Virus record (IMG/VR): IMGVR_UViG_3300035698_011381
Origin: a virus
Strand: one strand, 5' to 3'
DNA: 57,510 nucleotides
Positions within the stretch are counted from its first letter, which is position 1, and each line of letters opens with the position of its first letter. The position numbers were made by a program, and so were the translations under genes. The notes beneath the pieces were generated by a model that made no database searches, was not told the DNA's origin, and saw only the letters and a list, made by a program, of their open reading frames with translations. Shown here in pieces: positions 44,361-51,458 of the stretch.

Positions 44361-45638
44361 CTACTCGTCCTCCTCCGCTTCGTACTTCGCACTGGAAATG
44401 GCCGCGTCTCTTAACGCCGCTAAACCCTCGTTTTCTTCGTTGGCGGTAAGCCCGAACAACTGCGCCTTGAGTTTCAGGGTAGCGAGTTCCGCGCGGGGGT
44501 CGTCGGCAAGGTCGCACTTCTCGGCGATGGCGTCGATCTGTTTGATGAGGATAGCCTTCTCGACTTCTGCCGATTCGTTGTAAAGTAGTGGGCCGATGCT
44601 CTTCGCGGTCTTCACGATGTCGAGAGCCTCGAACCGTGTGTATCCGAAATAGTCCTGCATGTACTGCTCGGTCGAGCGCACGGACATCTGCATGAGCTTA
44701 TCGTAAATCAGGAGCACGAGCTCCTCTTCGTACATGACGAGTTCATCCCGCGTCGGCCACGCCACTCGCGCAATGGTAGGGTTCAGTAGCCCCGCTAATC
44801 CGTACTCCCCGCTCCACGGCTCCTGCGGCGCACCGTGATGTATCCCCACCTGTTCCGATAACACTGTCATCGCTTCACAGTACAGTATCAGGGGCATGTC
44901 CTTGGCGACGGAGTACTCGTCGGGGACGGCACGCGACAGCCTCCACCCCCAGATCCCCTCGGGTGTTTGCACAGGATAAAGATGGTCGGGGATTGGAGGC
45001 GGGAGGGTGGTGACTCCTTTAAAACCACGGTACCCGTCGTTCGTGTTAAACGTGTATCGGTCGCGCCCTGTCTCTGTCTTCAGTAAAATGTTCCGCGCAC
45101 CTCGCATGCCTGTGAGAAATCCCGACTGCGCTAGTTTCTGGGGGAGTGCCCACTGGTTCACGCCCGTGTTCCCGACGTTGAGTCCCAGCACGTTCTGTAG
45201 CATCTCGTAGCCGGTTAGTATCCCCCTCACCCGCGCCATCTGCCGCAGTAGTCGGTACGCCACCCGTATTCTGTAACCCTTTGTGTCGGAGAGGGTAAGC
45301 GTTCCTGCGGCGAGGAGCTTTTCGAGTTTTTGTGCCTTGGTGTGCCTGCTGGCTTTGTTCAACAGTGCTTGGTGTTGGATCTCGCCGGGGGTCGCGGGGG
45401 GAAATATCCCTGTCGCTCGCTCGCGCCGTACAGTTGACGGGAGGGACTCGTCCGCCCTCGCGCCGGAGAGATGCGACGGGAAGTTACCGGACGCCGCTTC
45501 TTCGATTGTCAGCCCGTGGGCGTACCGCGCTTGCGCCACGGCTCGGGAATACAGGTCTTCAGGGTCGAGTAGAATACTCTCTTCCGCCGTGGCGAACGTC
45601 ACCGCACTCGGCTCTAGTTTTAATAGGTCGGTCGTCAT
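44361..45638 (-). CDS. Hypothetical protein, first gene of the late block
   Basis: 425-aa ORF with an acidic C-terminus and no motif that I recognise. Confidence 0.55.
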   Translation of the reverse strand: MTTDLLKLEPSAVTFATAEESILLDPEDLYSRAVAQARYAHGLTIEEAASGNFPSHLSGARADESLPSTVRRERATGIFPPATPGEIQHQALLNKASRHTKAQKLEKLLAAGTLTLSDTKGYRIRVAYRLLRQMARVRGILTGYEMLQNVLGLNVGNTGVNQWALPQKLAQSGFLTGMRGARNILLKTETGRDRYTFNTNDGYRGFKGVTTLPPPIPDHLYPVQTPEGIWGWRLSRAVPDEYSVAKDMPLILYCEAMTVLSEQVGIHHGAPQEPWSGEYGLAGLLNPTIARVAWPTRDELVMYEEELVLLIYDKLMQMSVRSTEQYMQDYFGYTRFEALDIVKTAKSIGPLLYNESAEVEKAILIKQIDAIAEKCDLADDPRAELATLKLKAQLFGLTANEENEGLAALRDAAISSAKYEAEEDE

Positions 45639-45828
45639 AGGTTCAAGGGGTCTCCCGTTTATTTTTCCGGTGCCACTGTTACACGTCGCCTCCCTTTTAG
45701 TAAAGGAAAAAGTTACCCACTACGCGTAGCGTCCCCGATATTTTTCGACTGTGAAGGGGGTCGTTCTATTTCCAGATAAGGGGGCATATTTAAAGTAGAC
45801 TGTTTTCGAGTGGTTCGTTTAAAAAATC

Positions 45829-45881
45829 CCCCCGTGAAATTTTGAGCCCGAGAAATTGCCCCCGTGAAATTTTGAGCCCGA
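45829..45881. repeat. Two 23-bp direct repeats cccccgtgaaattttgagcccga, spaced 30 bp start to start
   Basis: Read directly at 45829..45851 and 45859..45881. Confidence 0.9.
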
Positions 45882-45940
45882 ATAAAAATCGACCTTCGAG
45901 GTTTGCGGGGGGGAAGTGCACCCGCGCCCGGATGCTCCAC

Positions 45941-45980
45941 GTAGCCGCTATCTCTTACACGTAGCCGCTATCTCTTACAC
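45941..45980. repeat. 20-bp tandem repeat x2 (gtagccgctatctcttacac), followed by a GC-rich gcccgccccgcccgcccg tract
   Basis: Read directly. Confidence 0.9.
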
Positions 45981-46072
45981 GCCCGCCCCGCCCGCCCGAT
46001 TAAAACAGATTTGAAAACATAATATTGACACGTTACTCTTTATCTGTTACGCGTGCCCGCGTTCCTATAAGC

Positions 46073-46295
46073 GCGGGCCGGTATACGCGGGCCGGTATAG
46101 GATACAGGATACAGCGGGCCGGTATAGGATACAGGATACAGCGGGCCGGTATAGGATACAGGATACGCGGGCCGGTATACGCGGGCCGGTATACGCGGGC
46201 CGGTATAGGATACAGGATACAGCGGGCCGGTATACGCGGGCCGGTATAGGATACAGGATACAGCGGGCCGGTATAGGATACAGGATACGCGGGCC
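46073..46295. repeat. Iteron-like array: 10 full copies plus one partial copy of GCGGGCCGGTATA, separated by either C or GGATACAGGATAC(A)
   Basis: Core copies start at 46073, 46087, 46114, 46141, 46167, 46181, 46195, 46222, 46236 and 46263, with a partial copy at 46289. Confidence 0.95.
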
Positions 46296-46552
46296 CCGTG
46301 ATCGTACCTTTTACATTTTTAAAAACTAGGCCTGATTTGAAGATCACGAAAAAAGGCCGGGTTGCTCTTGTAAATTTAAAAAACACTACTTTTCGGGATA
46401 TAGGGGGGAAAATACGGTTTACGCTTGTATTTTTAAAAAAGGGCCCTTTTTTGAAGATCAATATAATGACCCCTTCACAATTCCAAATAACCACGTATTT
46501 TTAATTTTACACAATCTTAAAAGGTAACTAATATATATTTGAAAACTTTTAA

Positions 46553-46582
46553 TATATACCATATAACCCATAGTGGTATATA
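46553..46582. repeat. Inverted repeat tatatacca-N12-tggtatata in the AT-rich segment
   Basis: Perfect 9-bp arms. The related tatatataccata recurs near 46706. Confidence 0.8.
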
Positions 46583-46783
46583 TAAAACATATTTGAGTTA
46601 AATAGTTTTTCGCGCTCGATCGCCACAATTCCGGATACCCGGCACTTTTTAAATTTACAAGCCGATATTCCCTTTTATCTTTGTAAGTGTTTCATTTTAG
46701 CTTTTTATATATACCATAGGAATCAGCACTATCCGTCTATAGCGCTCTATTTTTAAAAAACAAAAGAAAATTGAAAAAGAGGG

Positions 46784-46811
46784 TTGACATATAGATGGGG
46801 CGTGCTAAATT
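46784..46811 (+). promoter_or_regulatory. Sigma70-like promoter candidate for the early block
   Basis: TTGACA, a 16-nt spacer containing TGc, then TAAATT (an extended -10-like element), about 50 nt upstream of the first RBS-supported early ATG. Confidence 0.45.
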
Positions 46812-46862
46812 GACATTATGAAAACAGCCCAAAACAGAAACCAACCAAAAGGAGTCAAGATT

Positions 46863-47087
46863 ATGCGAGAGTCAATAGAAATAGTTAAACTAGCGCCAAG
46901 CCGCTACGAAGTGCAGATAGTTAAAGATGACCCTAAATTTGATAAGAGCTACAGCATAGCGGGCGAATACAAAACCCTCTCTATTGCTATCAGTACCGCA
47001 AAGCGTATTGCAAAAAGAAATGGCGGAATGATAATAGGCAGGCCGTCCACAGCAAACGAAAAGAGAGCCGCAAAGAGGATTGCCTAA
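46863..47087 (+). CDS. Early hypothetical protein
   Basis: AAGGAG RBS before the ATG at 46863, in frame with track ORF 46818..47087. Confidence 0.55.
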   Translation: MRESIEIVKLAPSRYEVQIVKDDPKFDKSYSIAGEYKTLSIAISTAKRIAKRNGGMIIGRPSTANEKRAAKRIA

Positions 47088-47125
47088 CCATGTTCAAGAC
47101 AGAAACCAAACCAAAGGAGAACATC

Positions 47126-47296
47126 ATGACAATTAGAACGCTCAAAGCAATCAATAAGAAAACCGGAGAAACGAAATCATTCTGTGATTGTGATTGCAAC
47201 AGACTGATAAAGCGGCGGGATGAGTTCATATCCGACATGACAGATCGCGGGGAATACTGGACTTACGCCCCAGTCTCTATTGTATCGGGAATCTAA
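47126..47296 (+). CDS. Early hypothetical protein
   Basis: AAAGGAGA RBS before the internal ATG of track ORF 47090..47296. Confidence 0.5.
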   Translation: MTIRTLKAINKKTGETKSFCDCDCNRLIKRRDEFISDMTDRGEYWTYAPVSIVSGI

Positions 47297-47342
47297 AAAC
47301 CCGCCCACGCAAGGGGCAAAGTAAACGCATAAAGGGGAAAAG

Positions 47343-47435
47343 ATGAAACGTGAATCTGAACTCATAAACGAGCTAATAGTAATAATCGTATCGGCTGTAA
47401 TCGTAGCACTAATCATTGCTGTAAAAACAGCGTAA
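47343..47435 (+). CDS. 30-aa hydrophobic peptide
   Basis: AAAGGGGAAAAG leader. MKRESELINELIVIIVSAVIVALIIAVKTA. Confidence 0.4.
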   Translation: MKRESELINELIVIIVSAVIVALIIAVKTA

Positions 47436-47452
47436 AGAATAAAGGGGAAAAA

Positions 47453-47626
47453 ATGAAAGCACCTACAGAAGCACTTAATAAGAAAATAAACGAGCTTGCA
47501 ACTCTATGTAATAACATTAGCACCTACCTTTCCGGGTGCCATAGCGAAAACGAACAAACAGCCGCACTTATAAAGAGTATAGTCACTAGGCTTTGGGATG
47601 AATTAGACACTATCCCAGAAAAGTAA
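47453..47626 (+). CDS. Early hypothetical protein (57 aa)
   Basis: AAAGGGGAAAAA leader. MKAPTEALNKKINELATLCNN... Confidence 0.45.
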   Translation: MKAPTEALNKKINELATLCNNISTYLSGCHSENEQTAALIKSIVTRLWDELDTIPEK

Positions 47627-47649
47627 TTAAACGAAAAAAAGGGGAAAAG

Positions 47650-47802
47650 ATGACACTTGAAAAACAGATTATGAGAGAAGAATTAACCATGTTGAAAGAA
47701 GAACTAAAAGAAGCGGTTGCGCTATACCGCCGCGAGCCTAACGACTGGAATGGAGAGTCCGTTTCCGATTTACGCGAGGAAATCGCAAAGCTAGCACGCT
47801 AA
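47650..47802 (+). CDS. Early coiled-coil protein (50 aa)
   Basis: AAAGGGGAAAAG leader. MTLEKQIMREELTMLKEELKEAV... Confidence 0.45.
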   Translation: MTLEKQIMREELTMLKEELKEAVALYRREPNDWNGESVSDLREEIAKLAR

Positions 47803-47850
47803 CCGGTTCGCCCCACGCAAGGGGCAAAGTAAACGAAAAAAGGGGAAAAG

Positions 47851-48027
47851 ATGACACTTGAAAAACAGATTAGAAACGCATACGAGAAAGCCTATGGGGT
47901 CAAAACAGTTGACTATGAAGGCGAAATTTCCAAAGAAAAAAATACAATCGCCGTCGAAATTTGCGAAGATGGAACGGTTTTTGAACATGAGAAAGGTGGC
48001 GTTTCTTACGTTAAAATAATAATTTAA
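47851..48027 (+). CDS. Early hypothetical protein (58 aa)
   Basis: Same leader and the same first 7 codons (MTLEKQI) as 47650..47802. Confidence 0.45.
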   Translation: MTLEKQIRNAYEKAYGVKTVDYEGEISKEKNTIAVEICEDGTVFEHEKGGVSYVKIII

Positions 48028-48054
48028 AATGAGATTCAACTAAAAGGGGAAAAG

Positions 48055-48327
48055 ATGAAAGCCACGAAATTAAAGTACCTAACAGATAAAAACGGAAAAG
48101 AGCCTTTCTTTTCAGACTTGAAAGAAAAAGGGCGTATAGTAACAGAGCCACTTCATTGTCACACTGCCGGACTTATGCAAACTTCGACAGGATACGGTTC
48201 AAAACTAGCTACGCCCTACAAAATAAATGACTGTAACAGACTGAAAAGAATTTACGCCATTTGTTACAGCAACGCTTCCAGTTTATATATTTTCCGCAAA
48301 GACAAGCGCGTCTTTATCCATAGCTAA
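48055..48327 (+). CDS. Early hypothetical protein
   Basis: AAAGGGGAAAAG leader; MKATK start. Confidence 0.55.
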   Translation: MKATKLKYLTDKNGKEPFFSDLKEKGRIVTEPLHCHTAGLMQTSTGYGSKLATPYKINDCNRLKRIYAICYSNASSLYIFRKDKRVFIHS

Positions 48328-48357
48328 CAGCATAAAGAAAGAAGGGGAAAAGAAACC

Positions 48358-48606
48358 ATGAAAACGAAACTAGAAAAACAGGCCAAAGGGGAAAAGATGA
48401 CAAAGACAGAATCAAGAATATCAACAGGGAAAAATGATTATCTCTCTATCACCTTGCGGGGGAAGTTCGCGGCAGAATACAAATTCGACTTCATACTCTT
48501 GAAATGTTTTGTTTGCATTGGAGCAGATTTGTTTCCCTCAGCAATCCACGAATACACCGACAAGCAAGATATGTTTGCCGACATTGAAAAACTACGCAAC
48601 GCATAA
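48358..48606 (+). CDS. Early hypothetical protein
   Basis: GAAACC-ATG-AAA leader. An alternative start at 48396 also has a GGGGAAAAG leader. Confidence 0.5.
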   Translation: MKTKLEKQAKGEKMTKTESRISTGKNDYLSITLRGKFAAEYKFDFILLKCFVCIGADLFPSAIHEYTDKQDMFADIEKLRNA

Positions 48607-48616
48607 AGGGGAAAAG

Positions 48617-48793
48617 ATGAAAGCCACGAAAACGCGCTACAAGAAAATTGATCTATACGTTTACAATCCTGTTACAAAACAATTTGCATACTACGCATCC
48701 ACTACATGGCACGGGACACGCAAGAGCGCAAAAAGGATGCTAGTTGATAAACTAATGATTAAGCCGGAACACGTCAAAGCATCAGTGGCATAA
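48617..48793 (+). CDS. Early hypothetical protein (58 aa)
   Basis: AAAGGGGAAAAG leader; the MKATK start is identical to that at 48055. Confidence 0.5.
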   Translation: MKATKTRYKKIDLYVYNPVTKQFAYYASTTWHGTRKSAKRMLVDKLMIKPEHVKASVA

Positions 48794-48814
48794 ACCCGAA
48801 AAGGAAAAGAAACC

Positions 48815-48925
48815 ATGAAACCGAAAAAAAGAAACACGCCCGGCACGTACAAAACCCCTTCGATCTTCACCCTCTTAAAAGAGTATTTTAAAGAGTACCG
48901 CGCCCGGCACGCCCGAAACATTTAA
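48815..48925 (+). CDS. Possible 36-aa basic peptide
   Basis: AGGAAAAGAAACC-ATG leader; it terminates at the TAA inside the first 27-bp repeat unit. Confidence 0.3.
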   Translation: MKPKKRNTPGTYKTPSIFTLLKEYFKEYRARHARNI

Positions 48926-48976
48926 AACAGACTGAAACCCCGAAACATTTAAAACAGACTGAAACCCCGAAACCCC
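48915..48976. repeat. 27-bp tandem repeat x2.3 (gaaacatttaaaacagactgaaacccc)
   Basis: Units at 48915..48941 and 48942..48968, then a partial gaaacccc. Confidence 0.9.
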
Positions 48977-48994
48977 ATAGAAGGAAAAGAAACC

Positions 48995-49864
48995 ATGAAA
49001 ACGAAAAAAAGCAAAATAGAACAAGCTACAGTAGAAACATACTTGCCGATATTTCCCGGATTTTACGGTACACTATACGGCGCGGAGGATTCCGACGACG
49101 AAGAGCAGGCGATAAACGGCCTGTTAGAGCCCGCGGGATTTGCGCCCTCTCAAATAAACCCACTCTCAAAGGCTGTTTTCGACTTTGGAAGCGGCGCTGT
49201 AGAATTCGACTATTCCACATACTACCGCGATTATCTGGAAGAAATATCGGAAACCGTAGCGGCGGAATTGGAAGGTGTGCCGGGTTTCGTTTCTATGGAA
49301 CTACAAGGAATGAGGAGCCCGAAAGAATACAATTTTGCAAATGATTCCGGCGACGTTATTTTAAACCTATCAAATGAAAGGGCCTTTCGGGCGTGGATTT
49401 TAAAACAGTGCCGAATTGATCGTGCCGGGTTTGCGGAATACATACGGAAAAAATACACGTCTCGAAGCGGTTTTATGTCTTTTTATTCCAGTGACTCGAA
49501 AGACTGGATAAATGACATACGGGCCGGGCTCGACGAATTAGACGGGCACAAACTAGGCAGACTGTTAGACTATTATTTTTCCGAAATATCGGAGTTTGAC
49601 GACTGGGCACTTTACGAAACAGCAGAAAAGCCTTACTTGTCGGAATACATGAGTGGGCCGGTAGTCGATATTTTTGAGAAGGAAATGGGAAACCTACCGG
49701 AAAAGGTTTCCGGTATACTCGAAAGCATAAACGCGGGCCGGGAACAATTGAAAGCGTACGCGGAAAAGATGCCTTGTAACGCGGCAGCCCGCCAAGAGAC
49801 CGGGCTAATCAAAAACGAAACGAAACTTTATAAGGCGGCAGTCGAAACACTTATAGAAGCGTAA
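48995..49864 (+). CDS. Early hypothetical protein (289 aa)
   Basis: Cassette leader. It starts MKTKKSK...YLPIFPGFYGTLY and is acidic. Confidence 0.6.
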   Translation: MKTKKSKIEQATVETYLPIFPGFYGTLYGAEDSDDEEQAINGLLEPAGFAPSQINPLSKAVFDFGSGAVEFDYSTYYRDYLEEISETVAAELEGVPGFVSMELQGMRSPKEYNFANDSGDVILNLSNERAFRAWILKQCRIDRAGFAEYIRKKYTSRSGFMSFYSSDSKDWINDIRAGLDELDGHKLGRLLDYYFSEISEFDDWALYETAEKPYLSEYMSGPVVDIFEKEMGNLPEKVSGILESINAGREQLKAYAEKMPCNAAARQETGLIKNETKLYKAAVETLIEA

Positions 49865-49899
49865 AACAGACTCCAAACCCCGAAAAGGAAAAAGAAACC

Positions 49900-50244
49900 A
49901 TGAAAGCAACATTTAAGAAAATCGGAACAGACTACTTGCCCGCCATTAAGCACAAAAGCGGCAGACTTGAAACCCTTCACGGAGACGCGCTAGCTACTAC
50001 CGCAACGGCTACGAAGTACGCTCAGTTTGAAATAAACGAGCGTAGCCGGCGGCACGCTAAAGCAACCCCGGCACCCGTGGAAACGGCCCCGGCCCCGGCT
50101 TGGATAACTCCAAACCAATTCGCGGCACTATGCGACGAATACCTTATTCTTCCAGCCTTGGCACTCGAAAACGAGACTGTAAAAGGTGCCGTGCATCAAA
50201 AAGATTTAGACGCTTTGAAAGAAGCACTTGCAACTGAATTCTAA
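49900..50244 (+). CDS. Early hypothetical protein
   Basis: Cassette leader aacagactccaaaccccgaaaaggaaaaagaaacc-ATG; MKAT start. Confidence 0.55.
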   Translation: MKATFKKIGTDYLPAIKHKSGRLETLHGDALATTATATKYAQFEINERSRRHAKATPAPVETAPAPAWITPNQFAALCDEYLILPALALENETVKGAVHQKDLDALKEALATEF

Positions 50245-50277
50245 ACAGACTCCAAACCCCGAAAAGGAAAAGAAACC

Positions 50278-50526
50278 ATGAAAGCAACATGCCTAAATAT
50301 CACACGAGACCGCAACGGAAACAAAACCGTTTCTTTCAAGTCATGCACCGGAAAGCGCGGTTTTTCTATCCAGACTAGCGGCAACACGCCCGGCCTTAAC
50401 AGACTGCCAACCGGGGAAACTATCGCGGCACATTCCCGCGTCGAATTGTGGAAAGAATTTCTGGAATATGTCCGGGACTTTGGCACCGCCCGGCAGAAAA
50501 GTTTTTTCGAACTGACCGACATTTAA
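50278..50526 (+). CDS. Early hypothetical protein
   Basis: Same cassette leader; MKAT start. Confidence 0.55.
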   Translation: MKATCLNITRDRNGNKTVSFKSCTGKRGFSIQTSGNTPGLNRLPTGETIAAHSRVELWKEFLEYVRDFGTARQKSFFELTDI

Positions 50527-50576
50527 AAACACAAACCAATACGCGCCGGGCGTATCCCGGCAGAAAAGGAAACCAC

Positions 50577-50903
50577 ATGAGCCGCTCAATAAGCTACATA
50601 GTAACGTTTAACAATAACAAAACGAAAATGATAGCGGGACTGTTTAACCCGCACGGGGCGGAACACTTCACATCCCATTTTAACGGGGCGGAACAGACCG
50701 CCTTTGTAAAAAAGATCACAACTTTTGAGACTGGAAACTTGAAAAGCATAAAATCCCGCCGGTTAGGGTTCAATGCTTCATGCTGTGACTCTAAAAAACC
50801 GCATTTAGGCGGTATTGAACTTTTGGAATATAAATTTCCCGCGTTCCGTGGGACATTAGACAAAGTGTTTCAGGCTGTAAACGAGTTTCGGGGCAACTCA
50901 TGA
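50577..50903 (+). CDS. Early hypothetical protein
   Basis: The internal ATG of track ORF 50448..50903 is preceded by a GC hairpin and AAAAGGAAACC. Confidence 0.5.
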   Translation: MSRSISYIVTFNNNKTKMIAGLFNPHGAEHFTSHFNGAEQTAFVKKITTFETGNLKSIKSRRLGFNASCCDSKKPHLGGIELLEYKFPAFRGTLDKVFQAVNEFRGNS

Positions 50904-51100
50904 CTCTCTTACAGGCAACGGCCCGCGCCCGCGCCCTTGCGCCGTCTAACGGGTACGCGCTAGCAATACATATAGCCGCAAACGAAAGCGGCTACAGCAC
51001 GGGGAAAATAAGCGCGGAACTTCGTAAAGGCCGCAAGCGTAAAAAGTACGATTGCAAACCCGCGCCGGGCGTGCAGCAGTGGAAACCGTACGCGGATTAG
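50900..51100 (+). CDS. Early hypothetical protein
   Basis: ATGA coupling to the upstream stop. Confidence 0.5.
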   Translation: MTLLQATARARALAPSNGYALAIHIAANESGYSTGKISAELRKGRKRKKYDCKPAPGVQQWKPYAD

Positions 51101-51165
51101 ACTGAAACCCCGAAACATTTAAAACAGACTGAAACCCCGAAACATTTAAAACAGACTGAAACCCC
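51099..51165. repeat. 27-bp tandem repeat x2.5 (same unit as 48915..48976)
   Basis: A partial unit at 51099..51111, then full units at 51112..51138 and 51139..51165. Confidence 0.9.
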
Positions 51166-51182
51166 GAAAAGGAAAAGAAACC

Positions 51183-51356
51183 ATGAAACCGAAGCCACTT
51201 ACAAGCCGGGACTATAACGTAGCGTTTAAGATCTATATGGAAACCCTCAAAAAATTGAAACACAAAGACACGAGAGAAAACCGCGCGGCATTCGGCAAGG
51301 CATCCCGCGAATGTTCACGAGTTGCGGCCGTGTGCTTTGCGCCTATACCCTTTTAA
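51183..51356 (+). CDS. Early hypothetical protein (57 aa)
   Basis: Cassette leader. MKPKPLTSRDYNVAFKIYMETLKK... Confidence 0.45.
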   Translation: MKPKPLTSRDYNVAFKIYMETLKKLKHKDTRENRAAFGKASRECSRVAAVCFAPIPF

Positions 51357-51442
51357 AACAGACTAAAACCCCGAAACATTTAAAACAGACTGAACCCCCG
51401 AAACCCCGAAACATTTAAAACAGACTGAACCCCCGAAACCCC
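51351..51442. repeat. 35-bp tandem repeat x2 plus a partial unit (27-bp variant gaaacatttaaaacagactgaaccccc plus gaaacccc)
   Basis: Units at 51373..51407 and 51408..51442, preceded by a partial copy at 51351..51372. Confidence 0.9.
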
Positions 51443-51458
51443 GAAAGGAAACGAAACC

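Noticed and set aside
44361-45638. Small terminase or replication initiator assignment for the 425-aa first late gene
   Set aside because: Only its position next to the repeat region suggests this. I could recognise no HTH, ATPase or other motif, so it is left as hypothetical.
46073-46295. Possible CRISPR array
   Set aside because: The repeat core is only 13 bp. The spacers are one of two fixed sequences rather than unique ones. There are no cas genes or leader. It is better explained as iterons or operator sites.
45713-46494. ORFs 45713..45940(-), 46025..46249(+) and 46033..46494(-) as genes encoding repetitive proteins
   Set aside because: Their periodic amino-acid sequences (RAQNFTG.., AGIGYRIQR.., YPIPARCIL..) simply mirror the DNA repeats. 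They have no RBS, and they lie in the non-coding divergent control region.
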